DNA of 64,000 nucleotides from Escherichia coli (GTDB lineage Bacteria; Pseudomonadota; Gammaproteobacteria; Enterobacterales; Enterobacteriaceae): NCBI RefSeq assembly GCF_003018115.1, contig NZ_CP027457.1; one strand, 5' to 3'. Shown piece by piece: positions 62,070 to 64,000 of this stretch (position 1 is its first letter; each line of letters starts with the position of its first letter). The notes under the pieces were generated by a model. It saw only the letters and a program-made list of their open reading frames with translations, ran no database searches and was not told where the DNA came from. The position numbers and the translations under genes were made by a program.

Positions 62070-62789
62070 ATGGTCATTAAGGCGCAAAGCCCGGCGGGTT
62101 TCGCGGAAGAGTACATTATTGAAAGTATCTGGAATAACCGCTTCCCTCCCGGGACTATTTTGCCCGCAGAACGTGAACTTTCAGAATTAATTGGCGTAAC
62201 GCGTACTACGTTACGTGAAGTGTTACAGCGTCTGGCACGAGATGGCTGGTTGACCATTCAACATGGCAAGCCGACGAAGGTGAATAATTTCTGGGAAACC
62301 TCTGGTTTAAATATCCTTGAAACACTGGCGCGACTGGATCACGAAAGTGTGCCGCAGCTTATTGATAATTTGCTGTCGGTGCGTACCAATATTTCCACTA
62401 TTTTTATTCGCACCGCGTTTCGTCAGCATCCCGATAAAGCGCAGGAAGTGCTGGCTACCGCTAATGAAGTGGCCGATCACGCCGATGCCTTTGCCGAGCT
62501 GGATTACAACATATTCCGCGGCCTGGCGTTTGCTTCCGGCAACCCGATTTACGGTCTGATCCTTAACGGGATGAAGGGACTGTATACGCGCATTGGTCGT
62601 CACTATTTCGCCAATCCGGAAGCGCGCAGTCTGGCGCTGGGCTTCTACCACAAACTGTCGGCGTTGTGCAGTGAAGGCGCGCACGATCAGGTGTACGAAA
62701 CAGTGCGTCGCTATGGGCATGAGAGTGGCGAGATTTGGCACCGGATGCAGAAAAATCTGCCGGGTGATTTAGCCATTCAGGGGCGATAA
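62070..62789 (+). CDS. fadR: Fatty acid metabolism regulator FadR (GntR family)
   Basis: Internal Met [10 protein letters not shown] of track ORF 62010..62789; 239 aa. Confidence 0.95.
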
Positions 62790-62801
62790 TCCCTTCCGTT
62801 T

Positions 62802-62841
62802 AAAAAACAAACCCCTCAAACGAGGGGTTTTTTGTTGTTTT
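62802..62841. terminator. Bidirectional rho-independent terminator between fadR and ycgB
   Basis: cccctc..gagggg hairpin flanked by A run upstream and T run downstream. Confidence 0.7.
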
Positions 62842-64000
62842 TACAGATTTCCCATTCTCGGCGGGCAACGTTCCAGCAACTCGACGCTGCCGTCTTCGTT
62901 TTGCTGTTCCAGCATCACATCAAATCCCCACAGGCGATGCACATGCTTCAGTACTTCTTTGCGCCCCCGATCCAGCGGTGCGCGATTATGTGGAATGTAA
63001 CGCAGCGTCAGCGAACGGTCGCCGCGCAAATCCACGTTCCAGATCTGAATATTCGGCTCCAGATTACTTAAGTTATATTGCGACGATAGCCGGTTACGGA
63101 TCTCCCGATAACCTTCTTCATTATGAATAGCGGAAATCTCCAGATAATTATACCGATCGTCATCCAGCACGGTGAAGAAGCGGAAATCACGCATCACTTT
63201 CGGTGACAGGAACTGGCTGATAAAACTCTCATCTTTGAAATCACGCATCGCGAAATGCAGCGTTTCCAGCCAGTCGGAACCGGCGATATCCGGGAACCAG
63301 TATTTGTCTTCTTCCGTTGGCGACTGACAAATCCGTTTAATATCCTGGAACATGGCGAACCCGAGGGCATACGGGTTGATGCCGCTGTACCACGGGCTGT
63401 TATAGGGCGGCTGGAAGACCACATTGGTGTGGCTGTGCAAAAACTCCAGCATAAAACGTTCCGTTACTTTCCCTTCATCATACAGATGGTTAAGGATGGT
63501 GTAGTGCCAGAAAGTCGCCCAGCCTTCGTTCATCACCTGAGTCTGTTTTTGCGGATAAAAATACTGGCTCACCTTACGCACAATACGCAGGATTTCACGC
63601 TGCCATGATTCCAGCAGTGGCGCATTTTTCTCCATAAAATAGAGCAGGTTTTCTTGTGGTTCGGACGGATAACGGCGCGCTTCAGCAACCGTTTTCTCTT
63701 CCTCGCGCTTCGGCAGGGTACGCCAGAGCATATTGACCTGACTTTGCAAATACTCTTCGCGACTTTTCTGCCGGGCTTTCTCTTCTTGCAGCGAGATTTT
63801 TTGCGGGCGTTTGTACCGGTCCACGCCGTAGTTCATCAGCGCGTGGCACGAGTCCAGAAGCCGTTCTACTTCATCAACGCCATAGCGCTCTTCGCACTCG
63901 GTAATATATTTACGGGCAAAAATCAGATAATCGACAATCGAACTGGCGTCGGTCCAGCCACGGAATAAGTAATTGTTTTTGAAGAAAGAGTTATGCCCAT
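62841..64000 (-). CDS. ycgB: SpoVR-family protein YcgB, 3' portion (N-terminal coding region lies beyond window end)
   Basis: Track ORF 62841..63836; my manual translation shows the frame stays open from 63837 to the window edge. Confidence 0.85.
   Translation of the reverse strand, partial: GHNSFFKNNYLFRGWTDASSIVDYLIFARKYITECEERYGVDEVERLLDSCHALMNYGVDRYKRPQKISLQEEKARQKSREEYLQSQVNMLWRTLPKREEEKTVAEARRYPSEPQENLLYFMEKNAPLLESWQREILRIVRKVSQYFYPQKQTQVMNEGWATFWHYTILNHLYDEGKVTERFMLEFLHSHTNVVFQPPYNSPWYSGINPYALGFAMFQDIKRICQSPTEEDKYWFPDIAGSDWLETLHFAMRDFKDESFISQFLSPKVMRDFRFFTVLDDDRYNYLEISAIHNEEGYREIRNRLSSQYNLSNLEPNIQIWNVDLRGDRSLTLRYIPHNRAPLDRGRKEVLKHVHRLWGFDVMLEQQNEDGSVELLERCPPRMGNL

Overview
The window has two parts. 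Positions 1 to about 25,830 are the right arm of a lambda-like cos-packaging prophage: the 3' end of an endolysin gene, Rz/Rz1 spanins, two antirepressor/Rha-like accessory genes, a cos site, then a complete lambda-type head and tail gene series (Nu1, A, W, B, C/Nu3, D, E, FI, FII, Z, U, V, G/GT, H, M, L, K, I, J), lom, a collagen-like side tail fibre, and a short distal region carrying one antisense YkgJ-like gene. No integrase or immunity genes are in the window, so the left arm lies upstream. The prophage abuts the 3' end of potB; potC and potD are absent from the window, so the insertion appears to split the potABCD operon. Positions 25,831 to 64,000 are Escherichia coli-type chromosomal backbone: potB, potA, pepT, ycfD, phoQ, phoP, purB, hflD, mnmA, nudJ, rluE, icd, iraM, ycgX, bluR, bluF, ycgZ, ymgA, ariR, ymgC, pdeG, ymgF, an intact ycgH autotransporter, ymgD, ymgG, a ycgI remnant, minCDE, ycgJ, pliG, ycgL, ycgM, ycgN, hlyE, umuDC, dsbB, nhaB, fadR and the 3' part of ycgB. 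No e14-type element sits at icd, but the icd terminator is duplicated on either side of iraM. All identifications rest on my reading of the supplied ORF translations and recall of well-known protein families; no database search was run. Coordinates taken from the ORF track are reliable; coordinates for sites I located by reading the sequence (terminators, repeats, boxes) may be off by a base or two. I did not find a clearly novel multi-gene system; the most interesting material is the prophage accessory content and its junctions.
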